DNA of 64,000 nucleotides. Origin: a virus. The stretch covers positions 32,001 to 96,000 of the IMG/VR virus record IMGVR_UViG_3300033512_000218. One strand, 5' to 3'. The first letter of the stretch is position 1. Every line of letters starts with the position of its first letter. Made by a program: the position numbers and the translations under genes. The notes under the pieces were generated by a model. It was given only the letters and a program-made list of their open reading frames with translations. It searched no databases and had not been told where the DNA came from. Below, one piece after another: positions 1 to 10,226 of the stretch.

Positions 1-45
1 GAAAGTGATTCATATGAGGTTAAAAATAAAAATACAAAAAAAATA

Positions 46-468
46 ATGAGCTTTATTAAAGTGGATGATGTTGTTGATTTTATGTATAATAAACATTTTT
101 CCCAATATGATATATTTAAAATCAAAAATGGTAAAAAAATAAAGATTCCATTTGAAACATCAAATTTAGAAAAATTTGCACTTCAATTAATAAATGAAGT
201 TACAATACCTCAAAATATTAAAGAATTTGCTAAAAGAAAAGGGGTTGAATCTTTAGTGAAACAAGTTGCATCATGGGTTGAAAAATCGGGTAAACATATA
301 GTAGGTGGTACTGCAATAGGTAAAAATTATGATACATTAATTTTAGATTTAACTTATCAAGGAGCAGAAATATATATTGATTTGGATACTGAAATAGTTA
401 AATTATATAGACAAGTAGTGGATAGTGCTAAATCATTTGCTACAGTAATAAAAAGTAAGGAAAAATAA
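46..468 (+). CDS. hypothetical protein
   Basis: 140-aa ORF with A-rich leader, ending at a hairpin terminator. Confidence 0.7.
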   Translation: MSFIKVDDVVDFMYNKHFSQYDIFKIKNGKKIKIPFETSNLEKFALQLINEVTIPQNIKEFAKRKGVESLVKQVASWVEKSGKHIVGGTAIGKNYDTLILDLTYQGAEIYIDLDTEIVKLYRQVVDSAKSFATVIKSKEK

Positions 469-470
469 AA

Positions 471-497
471 AAAAATAGGACTTAGTTGTCCTATTTT
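471..497. terminator. bidirectional intrinsic terminator
   Basis: AAAAATAGGAC-ttagtt-GTCCTATTTTT between convergent ORFs. Confidence 0.8.
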
Positions 498-500
498 TCT

Positions 501-560
501 TTTTTACGTATTTATTTTCTTTTTTACGTATTTATTTTCTTTTTTACGTATTTATTTTCC
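501..560. repeat. 3 x 20-bp tandem repeat TTTTTACGTATTTATTTTCT
   Basis: directly visible; third copy ends in CC. Confidence 0.95.
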
Positions 561-563
561 TTT

Positions 564-1064
564 TTATTTATTTATTCGACTTGGTTGAGAATTTTCATTA
601 TCCTCAAACCCAATATTAATTATTTTAGTTTCTTCATAATTATATTTATTATTTTCTATAAATTGAAAATCTTTGTCCCAACTCCCAACGTTTAAATCAA
701 CATACCAAGATACATCAAAATAATCAGTTTGGATATCAGACCTATCATAATGACCTTTGTATAATACACTAAATATTTTATCATATATATTTGCATATAA
801 AAAATCTTTCATAAAATATTGGTTTATTGAAAAATTTGTTATTTTTCTTGTCAATACTTCAAGACGTTCATTATCATTATATTTATCTTTTAATAAACAA
901 TTTCTATAATCTGTTATTAAATCAATTGGAGCTGATAAAATATCGACAACAATGGTTGAATAATGACGTCTTCTTATTGATAATTTCCAGCCATCTTTTG
1001 AAGGGAATAATTTTTTTATTTCACTTCTCATTTCATTTACTCTTTCAGTACTTATATATGCCAT
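564..1064 (-). CDS. LPD29-like (large polyvalent protein domain) protein
   Basis: RSEIKKLFP..KLSIRRRHYSTI and YDRSDIQTDYFDVSWY motifs. Confidence 0.65.
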   Translation of the reverse strand: MAYISTERVNEMRSEIKKLFPSKDGWKLSIRRRHYSTIVVDILSAPIDLITDYRNCLLKDKYNDNERLEVLTRKITNFSINQYFMKDFLYANIYDKIFSVLYKGHYDRSDIQTDYFDVSWYVDLNVGSWDKDFQFIENNKYNYEETKIINIGFEDNENSQPSRINK

Positions 1065-1098
1065 TTTGTTTAATTTTTAATTGTTAATAATTATAACA

Positions 1099-1155
1099 CA
1101 AAGATAAGCTATTTATTAACAAAATCAAAATTAATTTGTGTTAATAAATGTTAAA
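1099..1155 (-). promoter_or_regulatory. 57-bp early-type promoter (TTTAACATTTATTAAC..TTTG..TATCTTTG)
   Basis: Bacteroidota -33 TTTG and -7 TAnnTTTG boxes plus conserved upstream box; one of 14 copies. Confidence 0.8.
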
Positions 1156-1169
1156 TGTGTGTTTAACTG

Positions 1170-1430
1170 TTAATCAATTTGATGAATATTATTAGGGATA
1201 ATATTATTATTTTCATTAAAAACCAACCTAAAAGAAAAGGTATGAGTTTTATCATTAATTTTTAAATACATTAATACCTCATTTGGAGGGCTACAAGGAT
1301 GAAAACTAACTTGTTGTTTATCTTTAAAATTTAAAAATAAATGTTTATTTTCAAACACAATATTCAATAAATCATCTTGGTATTGATTTGAAGGTTTATT
1401 ATACCAATAATCATAATATACTTGTTCCAT
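1170..1430 (-). CDS. hypothetical protein
   Basis: ORF directly downstream of 1436-1954. Confidence 0.55.
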   Translation of the reverse strand: MEQVYYDYWYNKPSNQYQDDLLNIVFENKHLFLNFKDKQQVSFHPCSPPNEVLMYLKINDKTHTFSFRLVFNENNNIIPNNIHQID

Positions 1431-1435
1431 AATTT

Positions 1436-1954
1436 TTATTTATTTAAATTTTTGCTTTTATTTGTTTTTTTAACATCAAAAATAAAAGTTGGAATATGAT
1501 TATATAAAATTTCATAATTTTTTAATATAATTCCATTATTTATAATTTCCTTACGAGTAATATTCTTTTCTGAATATCCTTTCTTTGATGTTGTTGGTAA
1601 ACAATAAGGATTTTTAAATTTTAAATAATAAATATTGTTATTATAACTAACATAATCTATTTGTTTTAAAAAAATTAATTGTTGTTTTCTACAATCCAAA
1701 TATATCTCAAATAATTTAGGATTAGTTATATCTTCAGGACAAATTAAGTATTTTTCAAATATATAATTTGAGTTGTATTCATAATTAAAATTTGTATGAA
1801 ATGTCAATTCAGTTTTCTTTTCATTAAAAAATAAATTAAATGTTTTCTCATTTATGTTTAAATAATAAGAAAATAAATTAGTATTAAACGTAATACTATA
1901 TTCAATATCATGTCTCTTAATTGATTGTTTTATTTTCGTTAAAAATATTTTCAT
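1436..1954 (-). CDS. hypothetical protein
   Basis: ORF directly downstream of a promoter copy. Confidence 0.6.
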   Translation of the reverse strand: MKIFLTKIKQSIKRHDIEYSITFNTNLFSYYLNINEKTFNLFFNEKKTELTFHTNFNYEYNSNYIFEKYLICPEDITNPKLFEIYLDCRKQQLIFLKQIDYVSYNNNIYYLKFKNPYCLPTTSKKGYSEKNITRKEIINNGIILKNYEILYNHIPTFIFDVKKTNKSKNLNK

Positions 1955-1985
1955 TTTATTTTAATTTTAATTGTTAATAATAACA

Positions 1986-2042
1986 CAAAGATAAACTATT
2001 TATTAGCAAAATCAAAATTAATTTGTGTTAATAAATATTAAA
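1986..2042 (-). promoter_or_regulatory. 57-bp early-type promoter
   Basis: near-identical to 1099-1155. Confidence 0.8.
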
Positions 2043-2343
2043 TTTGTATTTTTTAAATTTGTGCATAATATATAGTTTTCATATACTATAAATGTCGGAT
2101 TTTGGTAAAAATCTGATACACAATATATTCTATATAATATTATTTTTATATTTTTAGATTTTAATTTATAATAAAACTCTAAAAATTTATACGAACAACA
2201 AGCATCAAATTTTTTTAGTTTTTATTTTACCATTATTATCTTTATAAGTTATACTATATTCAGGATTTTCAATTTTATCCTTTTCCGTTGGAGTTTTAAA
2301 CTCAGATAAATCAATTGCTACCATATATTTTATATTTATAATA

Positions 2344-2400
2344 CAAAGATACAATAAATAAAGTAAAAATACAAATTATTTATTGTTAATAAATGTTAAA
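2344..2400 (-). promoter_or_regulatory. 57-bp early-type promoter
   Basis: same motif, back-to-back with the GTATTTAT motif at 2403. Confidence 0.75.
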
Positions 2401-2402
2401 TA

Positions 2403-2410
2403 GTATTTAT
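2403..2410 (+). promoter_or_regulatory. putative late promoter GTATTTAT
   Basis: precedes the structural operon; recurs shortly upstream of 11 ATGs in the window. Confidence 0.6.
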
Positions 2411-2420
2411 ATAAAAACAA

Positions 2421-2684
2421 ATGAATAGATATTCCGATAATAAAATTATACGTACAGGAAAAAAGAATCATTATAAAGTATCCATATTACCAAATACAAC
2501 TGATAATGTAAATGATATATATATTGTAACAAAAAGAGGAGATAGATTAGATTTATTGGCATATAATTATTATAATGATAAAACAAAATGGTATATAATA
2601 GCAATAGCAAATAATTTAGGTAATGGTAGTATGATATTAGAACCGGGATTAAATATAACTATACCATATAATACTAATATTTAA
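2421..2684 (+). CDS. LysM-like baseplate / tail X protein
   Basis: TKRGDRLDLLAYNYYND..WYIIAIANNL...PG..I.IP pattern; first gene of the tail locus. Confidence 0.8.
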   Translation: MNRYSDNKIIRTGKKNHYKVSILPNTTDNVNDIYIVTKRGDRLDLLAYNYYNDKTKWYIIAIANNLGNGSMILEPGLNITIPYNTNI

Positions 2685-2698
2685 AAAATACATAAATA

Positions 2699-5600
2699 AT
2701 GAGTGAATTTTTAAGACCAGATGAAATATTAAATAATGTTTATCAAAATGGAGGAATTAATACATTTCTTCGTCCAGATGAAATATTAAATCTTGTATAT
2801 TCAGAATCAGAAAATGCTTTAGCTGTTAATATAATCGGTGGAGGTGGAACATCTAATTTATCTGTATTTGATACAGTTAGTTCCGCAGAAAGTACCCAAA
2901 CAAATTCATTAATATATGTTAAAGAAACTGATACATTTTATAAATATGAACTAAATGGTTCATCTTATATAGTAAATGATACATCAATTTTAAATACATT
3001 AAATGCTGGAAATACACGTTACATAGGTGTTTCAGGTAAATATACAGAAATATTATCAATTGAACAATTATCAACTAAAGAATTAACAGGTATTCCCACT
3101 CAGGAATTATCTAAATTTACAATAAATTATAATCCTACAAATAGAGTATTAACTTTAACTCGTATATCAGATTATACATTCTTTGTTCAAGGAAAACAAT
3201 TTACAAAAAATTCAACTATTATTATGCCTGCTCATAATAATACAACAGGATTGTATTATTATTATTTTGATACTGACGGAGTACTAAAAATGTCGTTATC
3301 AATGCCAGATGTATTTAATTCAGTTGCTTTTGTAACATATATTTATTATAATGCAGATTTAATTGATGGTTTTGCTGGTGATGAAAGACATGGAGTTATA
3401 ATGGATGGAGATACTCATAAACTATTACATTATACATTTGGAACTCAATATAAAACAGGATTAAATATAGATGGCTATACATTACAATCTGATTCTATTT
3501 TAGATACAGTGTATAATATAGAAGAAGGAACTATTTACGATGAAGATATTCAATTAACAATACCAGAATTAACAACTGATTATACTATATTTTATAAAAA
3601 CGGTATATTAGGAGATTGGTATTGGAATGATGCTCTATCTTTACCGTATTCAATTTCTAATGATAATATTCAATATAATGAATATACAGGAGTAACATGG
3701 CAATTAACAGAATTAAATGAAAATAAATTTTTTAATTCATATGTATGTGCAACTGATATTATTGACACAAGATTTAAAATTGTTATTGTTATAGGACAAT
3801 ATTTATATAATACACAAACCGAAGCAGAATCTCGTAGTTTTGCTGATTTGGATTTAACTAAATTCCCATTCACTGAAACACTTCCTATTTATCAAATAGT
3901 ACATAAATACGATACAACTTATTCAACAACAACAGGTAAAAGTAGATTTGAAACAGTTATACAACTTTTTAATAATAGAAAAATAGTTAATAATAATTGG
4001 TCAATTGACAAAATTAAAAAATATGTTGATAATAAAAGAGACCCAAAAATAATAAATGTAGCTAAAAATGGAGGACAATTTACAATTATTAACGAAGCAT
4101 TAAATTCCATTACAGATAATTCAATGATAAATCCTTATGTAATAAAAGTTGGAACAGGAATTTATATTGAAGATTCTATTATAATGAAAGACTATGTTTC
4201 AATTATAGGTTCTGGAGAACAAATTACTATTATACAAGCATTAAATACTACTCAAACAATATTTACAGGAGCAACAAATTGTGAATTATCATCTATGAAT
4301 ATAACAGGTGCAACTGGTTCTGGTGGAATTTGTATAAAAGTAAATAATTTAGCTTCTACTAATCCATTTAGAATGAGTAATATTTATTTCGGCTCAAATG
4401 AAACTCAATTAAATGTAACATCTACAACTGGAATTACAATATGTACACTGAAAAATAGTTATATTGGAAGTTCTTCTATTTTTACAAATGGATTTAAAGT
4501 AGATTCTATAAATGCTTCACAACCATCATTATTAGTTGTAGAAAACTTTTCATACTTAGATATTATTGCTCCATTTTTAACAACTTCATTATTTAATGCT
4601 GATGGAATAGGTGCTCAATTAGTATTATCAAGTGTTCTAACAAGAAGTTCAGGAAATACAGGAACAGCCATGTTAATTGAAAATGGTGCTTCATTAAGAA
4701 TACTTTCTGGTACATTTAGAGGATTTGCAAATGGAATACATTGTCCTGCTACAGGTACAGGACAAACAATAATAGCAAATGCAATTAATTTAGAATGTTT
4801 TTCAAAAGATGTATTAATAGAAAATGCAAATACAATAGGAAATTTAACGGGTTATACATCATATAATAAAACAAGTATAAACGATAATTGTTCCTTCTTT
4901 ATAATAAATAAAGATTTAAAAGTTATATCTGTTGCTAAAAGAGGAGGTGACTTTACTTCAATTGCTTTGGCATTAAATGCAATAACTGATTCAACTGCAA
5001 CAAATAGATATAAAGTAGATATTGGTCCTGGAATATTTATCGAACCAGAATTAACAATTCCTTCATACGTATCTTTAGTAGGTAGTTCAATAAATACAAC
5101 TGTTATTGAACCTGATACAAATGACCACAATGTTATAAATATGAATGAAATGACAGAAATTTCATTTTTAACTATTGAAAATGCAGGTGTCGGTTATTCA
5201 GCTGTATCATCAATTAATAGTGGTAATTTTACTCAACTACATAAAATATCAATATATAATTCTGATTATGGAGTTTATTTTAAATCCACAACAATTGATT
5301 CTCAATTATATTTAGAATATGTTGATATAAATGGAATTTATTCTGAAGCTATAACTTGTATATCTGAAAATGGATTTGAATCATATATAAATACAGAAAA
5401 TACATACACATTTCCAGACAATTTAAACATTGCATCAAATCAAGTATTAGTGGATGGTACAAATGCTATAATGAGAGTAGGAAATGCTGGTGTTTCAAAT
5501 GTAATTGGTAATGGAGGTATTGGATTTTTAGTTACAAATGGAGCTTCTTTATTTTTAAAAGGTAGTAGTGTATCAAATTGTTCAAAAGGTATTTATTTAG

Positions 5601-8600
5601 ATACTAATGGAATAAATCCATTTATACGAATGACAGGATTAACATTTAATGATAATACTATTAATTTTGATATATCAAATACAACGGCAAGTGGTGAATA
5701 TACAGGATATACAGAATATACTAAAAAATCAATTAATTCATCAAATAGTTTCTTTATAACAAATAAAGATAGTAATATTATTACAGTTGCTAAAAAAGGT
5801 GGAGATTTTGATTCCATAACAAATGCAATAAATTCCATAACAGATGCAACAGATATAAATCAATATATTATATCAATTGGACCCGGTTCTTTTATAGAAG
5901 ATACAATTCAAATGAAAGAATATATATCTTTATCTGGTAGTGGATATGAAACAATTATAGAACCGTCTGATTCAAATAATCATATTATATTAGGGCAAGA
6001 CCATTCACAAATAAGTTATATTACTGTAAACGGATGCACTAATAATTCCGCTATTTATTATTCAGCTAATTTGTCAAGTCCAAATGATTATTTTGTAATT
6101 GAACAATGCCTTTTTGGAAATAATTCGACACAAATAGAAATATACTCTGATGAAAATCCTACAATCATATACGCTAAATCTTGTGAATTAGGGGGCAATT
6201 TCCAATTTGATACATTTGCACATATTCATAATAATCCTACACATAATGCCATTGCATCATTAAGAATGTTTCAATTAGGTTCTCCAGGAGGAGTAGTTGC
6301 ACCTTATCCAAATCCTTTTATTTTATGTGAAGGTATAAATGCTGATTTTAGTGTTAATAGTTGCGGTTTAATAGGCGGAGGTACGGGTAATTGTATTCAA
6401 GTAAGAAATGGGTCACAAATAAGATTAAGTTCTGTTCAAATTATTAATTTTGGTACAGGTATATTATGTGAAAATATTGGAACTGCTCCATTGATAAATG
6501 CGACTGCTGTCACATTTGAAAATTGTATAACGGATATAAATATTGACCATCCTGGAACAAATGGTTCAATAAGTTGTAGTGCTGATAACTCAAAAGTATT
6601 TATTGATGAAAATTCCACAATAGGAATACAATATAATGAAAATTCAAATGATTTAATAGGAACAGTTACTGTTGGAGATATATATCAAGGAACACGACAT
6701 GATAGATTATTAAATTTATCCAAATTAACAACAAATTCATCCACATTGGGATTATATAGTGGAGGAACATTAGATGTGAGTTATTCAGGTATAGATATTA
6801 TTGTTAATGAAGGTGTTGGATTTTTACTTAACCCAACTGATTTTTACATTAAAGAAGTTAATTGGATTACAACAGAATTAGCCATACCAGATAATAATGA
6901 ATCATATATTTATATTGATACAAATTCTGATATACTATATTCATCTTCACTTGTTGATTTAGAGGAATATATTGTTTTAGGGCGTGTGTATAAAAACAAT
7001 TCAAATATTATTTTTATAGAGGAAACTCCAGTTAAAATAAATCATTATTCAAATGAAAATGAAGAATATATTAGAGATATAGTTGGTTCTATTTACAGCT
7101 CGGGTTCAATTGTATCAGAAAATATATCCGATAGAAAATTAGATATTACTTCTGGTTCTTACTATTATGGTACAAATAATTATTTACCTTCGGGAGGAAC
7201 AAATATAACATTTTTACATTTATATCATAATTCAGGAACATGGGATTATGTTTATACTGATACAATAAATAATACTCAATATGATAATGGAACTAATTTA
7301 GTTAATTTAACTGCATCTTATTATTCAAAACACTCATTATATATATCAAGTGAAGGATTAAATGAAAATTATTTTGTTATACATTCACAATTAGAATATG
7401 AAACATTACTTGAAGCACAAAACGGCACAATACCTACAACTCCTACTTGGATAAAAAACGGAATAACATTAATTGCATCAATAATTGTACAACAAGGAAC
7501 AAGTTCAATAATAGAAATTATAGATTTACGTCCTGTTTTTAATGGAAGTGCAAGCTCTTCATCTGAGGCAGTTACAAGTCATAGTGATTTAACAAATTTA
7601 GATTCTGATGATCATTTACAATATTTGTTAGCGACAGGTAGTAGAGTATTATCTGGAAATTTAGATTTAGGGAATAATAATATTACTAATGTAAATTTAG
7701 TCGATGGTATTGATGTAACTTCCCATAAATCAAGACACGATTTTAATGGGAGCGACCCATTGTTATCTGATATAGCATTACCAATTAGTGATTCAACAAA
7801 TTTAGAAGGAGTTAGTAATACAAAAGTTTCAAGATATGACCATGTCCATGCACACGGAAATAGAATAGGTGGAACATTACACGCAGCCGTAACAACTTCT
7901 GTAAATGGATTTATGATTGCTTCTGATAAAGTATTATTAAATAAATTAGCAAATACAAGAATACCAATATCAGATACTAATTATACTATAACATCAGCAA
8001 CGGATGTAACAGTATCGTATGTAACATTAACAGCGAATAGAACTATTACATTACCCGTTGCAACTAATTTAAATCAAACAATTATTATTTTAGATGAATT
8101 AGGAAATTGTTCTGTTGATAAATATTTGAAAATAGTACCAAATGGTTCAGATACTTTAAATGGATTTGTATATTCATTAATTGTAACTTCTTATAGTAGA
8201 GTTAGATTAGTTAGTAATGGTATATCTAATTGGTCATTTACAACAGAAGATATTCAATACTCAACAGGTACAATTAAAAAACCTACATATACAGATAATA
8301 ATAATGGTTCTATTACTATCGGAAATGAAGGTATTTATAATTTACATAAAGATACAACAGGATTAGATAATATATATCCTTATATTGTTAATGGAAATTC
8401 ATTTGTTTTAACTGATTTAACAACAAATTATATTGTTATTAATTATAATTCAGGTACACATGTTATGCAAAAAATAACAGATGTTAGTTTAATAAATGAA
8501 ACTACAATAATACCTATTTATACAATTTATAGAGAAGGTTTAAGATTACATACAATTGATTGGGATAGTTTAGGATTGAGTCTTGTAAATAAAATACATC

Positions 8601-9748
8601 AAAGTATAGTAAAAACACAAAGATACAGATTAGAATATGGATTGGGATTATCAGAAGCATCAACTCGAAAAGTTGTTGTTGAAGATGGAAAGGTTTGGAT
8701 AGGTGCAAATGGGTTTTTATTAGATTCATTTAATTCAAATACAAATGAAATGTTTTTCTTATTTCATTCAAGTAATGTTTGGGATACTCCTTCATTAGAA
8801 ACAGACTATAATAATACCCAATATGATGATGGTACTGATTTAAAAACATTGGATGATGGTAAATATGCAGTAAATTTTATTTATAGAGGTATTGAAGTTG
8901 AAAATGAATGTTATTTTGTTTTAGGACAAGGCAATTATACATTATTAGAAGCTCAAAATAGTATTCCTCCTGCTAATCTTCCTCATATTATTACATCACA
9001 TACAATGTTAATTGGTAGAATTATTGTAAAAAAGGGAGAAAATACAGCGACACAAATAGATAGTATATTTGAAGCGGCTTTTAGATTATCACCAGGTATT
9101 AACCATAATGATACAAGTGGAATTCAAAATGCTCCAAATAGTGTAGTAGGAGAACATTATCATTTATCATCTGCTCAAGCAACTGTTGTAAGTAACACAT
9201 CTAATACAAATACAGGAGATGAAACAGCGGCAAGAATAGGAGCAATAGTAAATGGAGCAACTAATTATACAACTCCATTAGATGCAGATAAGATTGGAAT
9301 TTGGGATACTTTAAATAGTTTATATAAAGCAGTAACTTGGACTAATATAAAAGCAACATTAAAAACTTATTTTGATACTTTATATCGTAAATTAAGTTGG
9401 AATTATAGAGCATCTACAAATGCAAATAATATAACAACTGATAGAGATTTAAGTGATGGAAACATTGCAACAAATATATCTCCTTTTATAATACCAGTAA
9501 CAAGTTCCTTAAAAAGAATATCAGGATTTGCAAATACAACCTCATCAGCCACATCATGGGTGATTGATATTTTAAAAAACGGAACTTCAGTTGTAACATT
9601 GATAGTTACTTCTCCAACTCAAAAAGCAGTATCAACTGATTTAAATGTTAGTTTTTCTGCATTAGATGAGGTAAGAATAAGAGTAACAACGATAACAGGT
9701 GGAAATATTGACAGTCCTTCTGTAGATATTTACTTTTTAGAAAATTAA
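2699..9748 (+). CDS. giant tail fibre/spike with pectin-lyase-like beta-helix repeats
   Basis: 2349 aa, rich in S/T/N/G/I; three VAKxGGxFxxIxxAxxxI..YxIxxGxGxxxE units; HxH motifs (HVHAHG). Confidence 0.75.
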   Translation: MSEFLRPDEILNNVYQNGGINTFLRPDEILNLVYSESENALAVNIIGGGGTSNLSVFDTVSSAESTQTNSLIYVKETDTFYKYELNGSSYIVNDTSILNTLNAGNTRYIGVSGKYTEILSIEQLSTKELTGIPTQELSKFTINYNPTNRVLTLTRISDYTFFVQGKQFTKNSTIIMPAHNNTTGLYYYYFDTDGVLKMSLSMPDVFNSVAFVTYIYYNADLIDGFAGDERHGVIMDGDTHKLLHYTFGTQYKTGLNIDGYTLQSDSILDTVYNIEEGTIYDEDIQLTIPELTTDYTIFYKNGILGDWYWNDALSLPYSISNDNIQYNEYTGVTWQLTELNENKFFNSYVCATDIIDTRFKIVIVIGQYLYNTQTEAESRSFADLDLTKFPFTETLPIYQIVHKYDTTYSTTTGKSRFETVIQLFNNRKIVNNNWSIDKIKKYVDNKRDPKIINVAKNGGQFTIINEALNSITDNSMINPYVIKVGTGIYIEDSIIMKDYVSIIGSGEQITIIQALNTTQTIFTGATNCELSSMNITGATGSGGICIKVNNLASTNPFRMSNIYFGSNETQLNVTSTTGITICTLKNSYIGSSSIFTNGFKVDSINASQPSLLVVENFSYLDIIAPFLTTSLFNADGIGAQLVLSSVLTRSSGNTGTAMLIENGASLRILSGTFRGFANGIHCPATGTGQTIIANAINLECFSKDVLIENANTIGNLTGYTSYNKTSINDNCSFFIINKDLKVISVAKRGGDFTSIALALNAITDSTATNRYKVDIGPGIFIEPELTIPSYVSLVGSSINTTVIEPDTNDHNVINMNEMTEISFLTIENAGVGYSAVSSINSGNFTQLHKISIYNSDYGVYFKSTTIDSQLYLEYVDINGIYSEAITCISENGFESYINTENTYTFPDNLNIASNQVLVDGTNAIMRVGNAGVSNVIGNGGIGFLVTNGASLFLKGSSVSNCSKGIYLDTNGINPFIRMTGLTFNDNTINFDISNTTASGEYTGYTEYTKKSINSSNSFFITNKDSNIITVAKKGGDFDSITNAINSITDATDINQYIISIGPGSFIEDTIQMKEYISLSGSGYETIIEPSDSNNHIILGQDHSQISYITVNGCTNNSAIYYSANLSSPNDYFVIEQCLFGNNSTQIEIYSDENPTIIYAKSCELGGNFQFDTFAHIHNNPTHNAIASLRMFQLGSPGGVVAPYPNPFILCEGINADFSVNSCGLIGGGTGNCIQVRNGSQIRLSSVQIINFGTGILCENIGTAPLINATAVTFENCITDINIDHPGTNGSISCSADNSKVFIDENSTIGIQYNENSNDLIGTVTVGDIYQGTRHDRLLNLSKLTTNSSTLGLYSGGTLDVSYSGIDIIVNEGVGFLLNPTDFYIKEVNWITTELAIPDNNESYIYIDTNSDILYSSSLVDLEEYIVLGRVYKNNSNIIFIEETPVKINHYSNENEEYIRDIVGSIYSSGSIVSENISDRKLDITSGSYYYGTNNYLPSGGTNITFLHLYHNSGTWDYVYTDTINNTQYDNGTNLVNLTASYYSKHSLYISSEGLNENYFVIHSQLEYETLLEAQNGTIPTTPTWIKNGITLIASIIVQQGTSSIIEIIDLRPVFNGSASSSSEAVTSHSDLTNLDSDDHLQYLLATGSRVLSGNLDLGNNNITNVNLVDGIDVTSHKSRHDFNGSDPLLSDIALPISDSTNLEGVSNTKVSRYDHVHAHGNRIGGTLHAAVTTSVNGFMIASDKVLLNKLANTRIPISDTNYTITSATDVTVSYVTLTANRTITLPVATNLNQTIIILDELGNCSVDKYLKIVPNGSDTLNGFVYSLIVTSYSRVRLVSNGISNWSFTTEDIQYSTGTIKKPTYTDNNNGSITIGNEGIYNLHKDTTGLDNIYPYIVNGNSFVLTDLTTNYIVINYNSGTHVMQKITDVSLINETTIIPIYTIYREGLRLHTIDWDSLGLSLVNKIHQSIVKTQRYRLEYGLGLSEASTRKVVVEDGKVWIGANGFLLDSFNSNTNEMFFLFHSSNVWDTPSLETDYNNTQYDDGTDLKTLDDGKYAVNFIYRGIEVENECYFVLGQGNYTLLEAQNSIPPANLPHIITSHTMLIGRIIVKKGENTATQIDSIFEAAFRLSPGINHNDTSGIQNAPNSVVGEHYHLSSAQATVVSNTSNTNTGDETAARIGAIVNGATNYTTPLDADKIGIWDTLNSLYKAVTWTNIKATLKTYFDTLYRKLSWNYRASTNANNITTDRDLSDGNIATNISPFIIPVTSSLKRISGFANTTSSATSWVIDILKNGTSVVTLIVTSPTQKAVSTDLNVSFSALDEVRIRVTTITGGNIDSPSVDIYFLEN

Positions 9749-9761
9749 ATTATTAAACATT

Positions 9762-10217
9762 ATGAATAAAATTTCATTATCAACCACAGGAATTATTTCA
9801 TCAATCACTATTAATGATTTATATGCATCAATATTCACTCATCCTTCTATAAATTTAATTTTGGTAGAAGAAAATAGTCATAATTATCCTTATACATTAG
9901 ATGAAATAAAAAATAGTGATGATTTACAAACTGCAATAGATAATGGATACATTGTTTTAAAAGATGAAAATGATATAGAAATACCAATAATTAAACAAGT
10001 GGAGATTGAATTATATAATCCAATTATAAATAATTTTACTAATGCAAAACATAATCATAGTAATGATACAACCGGAGGGGTATTAGAGAATGTTACTGTT
10101 CCGATAAAAACAACATTGGAAAGAATATCTATGATTACACATGTAGGATTAATCGTATATGATTCAAATTATAAAAGTATTTTTTCATTTGATGGTGAAT
10201 CATGGATTGAAAATTAA
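9762..10217 (+). CDS. virion structural protein sharing its N-terminal domain with 12024-15023
   Basis: LSTTGxISSITINDLxAS.F.HP...YPY..D.IKNS.D.QTA..NGYIVL.DEN shared. Confidence 0.7.
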   Translation: MNKISLSTTGIISSITINDLYASIFTHPSINLILVEENSHNYPYTLDEIKNSDDLQTAIDNGYIVLKDENDIEIPIIKQVEIELYNPIINNFTNAKHNHSNDTTGGVLENVTVPIKTTLERISMITHVGLIVYDSNYKSIFSFDGESWIEN

Positions 10218-10226
10218 AATAATAAG

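Noticed and set aside
2403-2411. T4-type late promoter TATAAATA
   Set aside because: The motif appears as its reverse complement relative to the downstream genes, so it is treated as a distinct motif.
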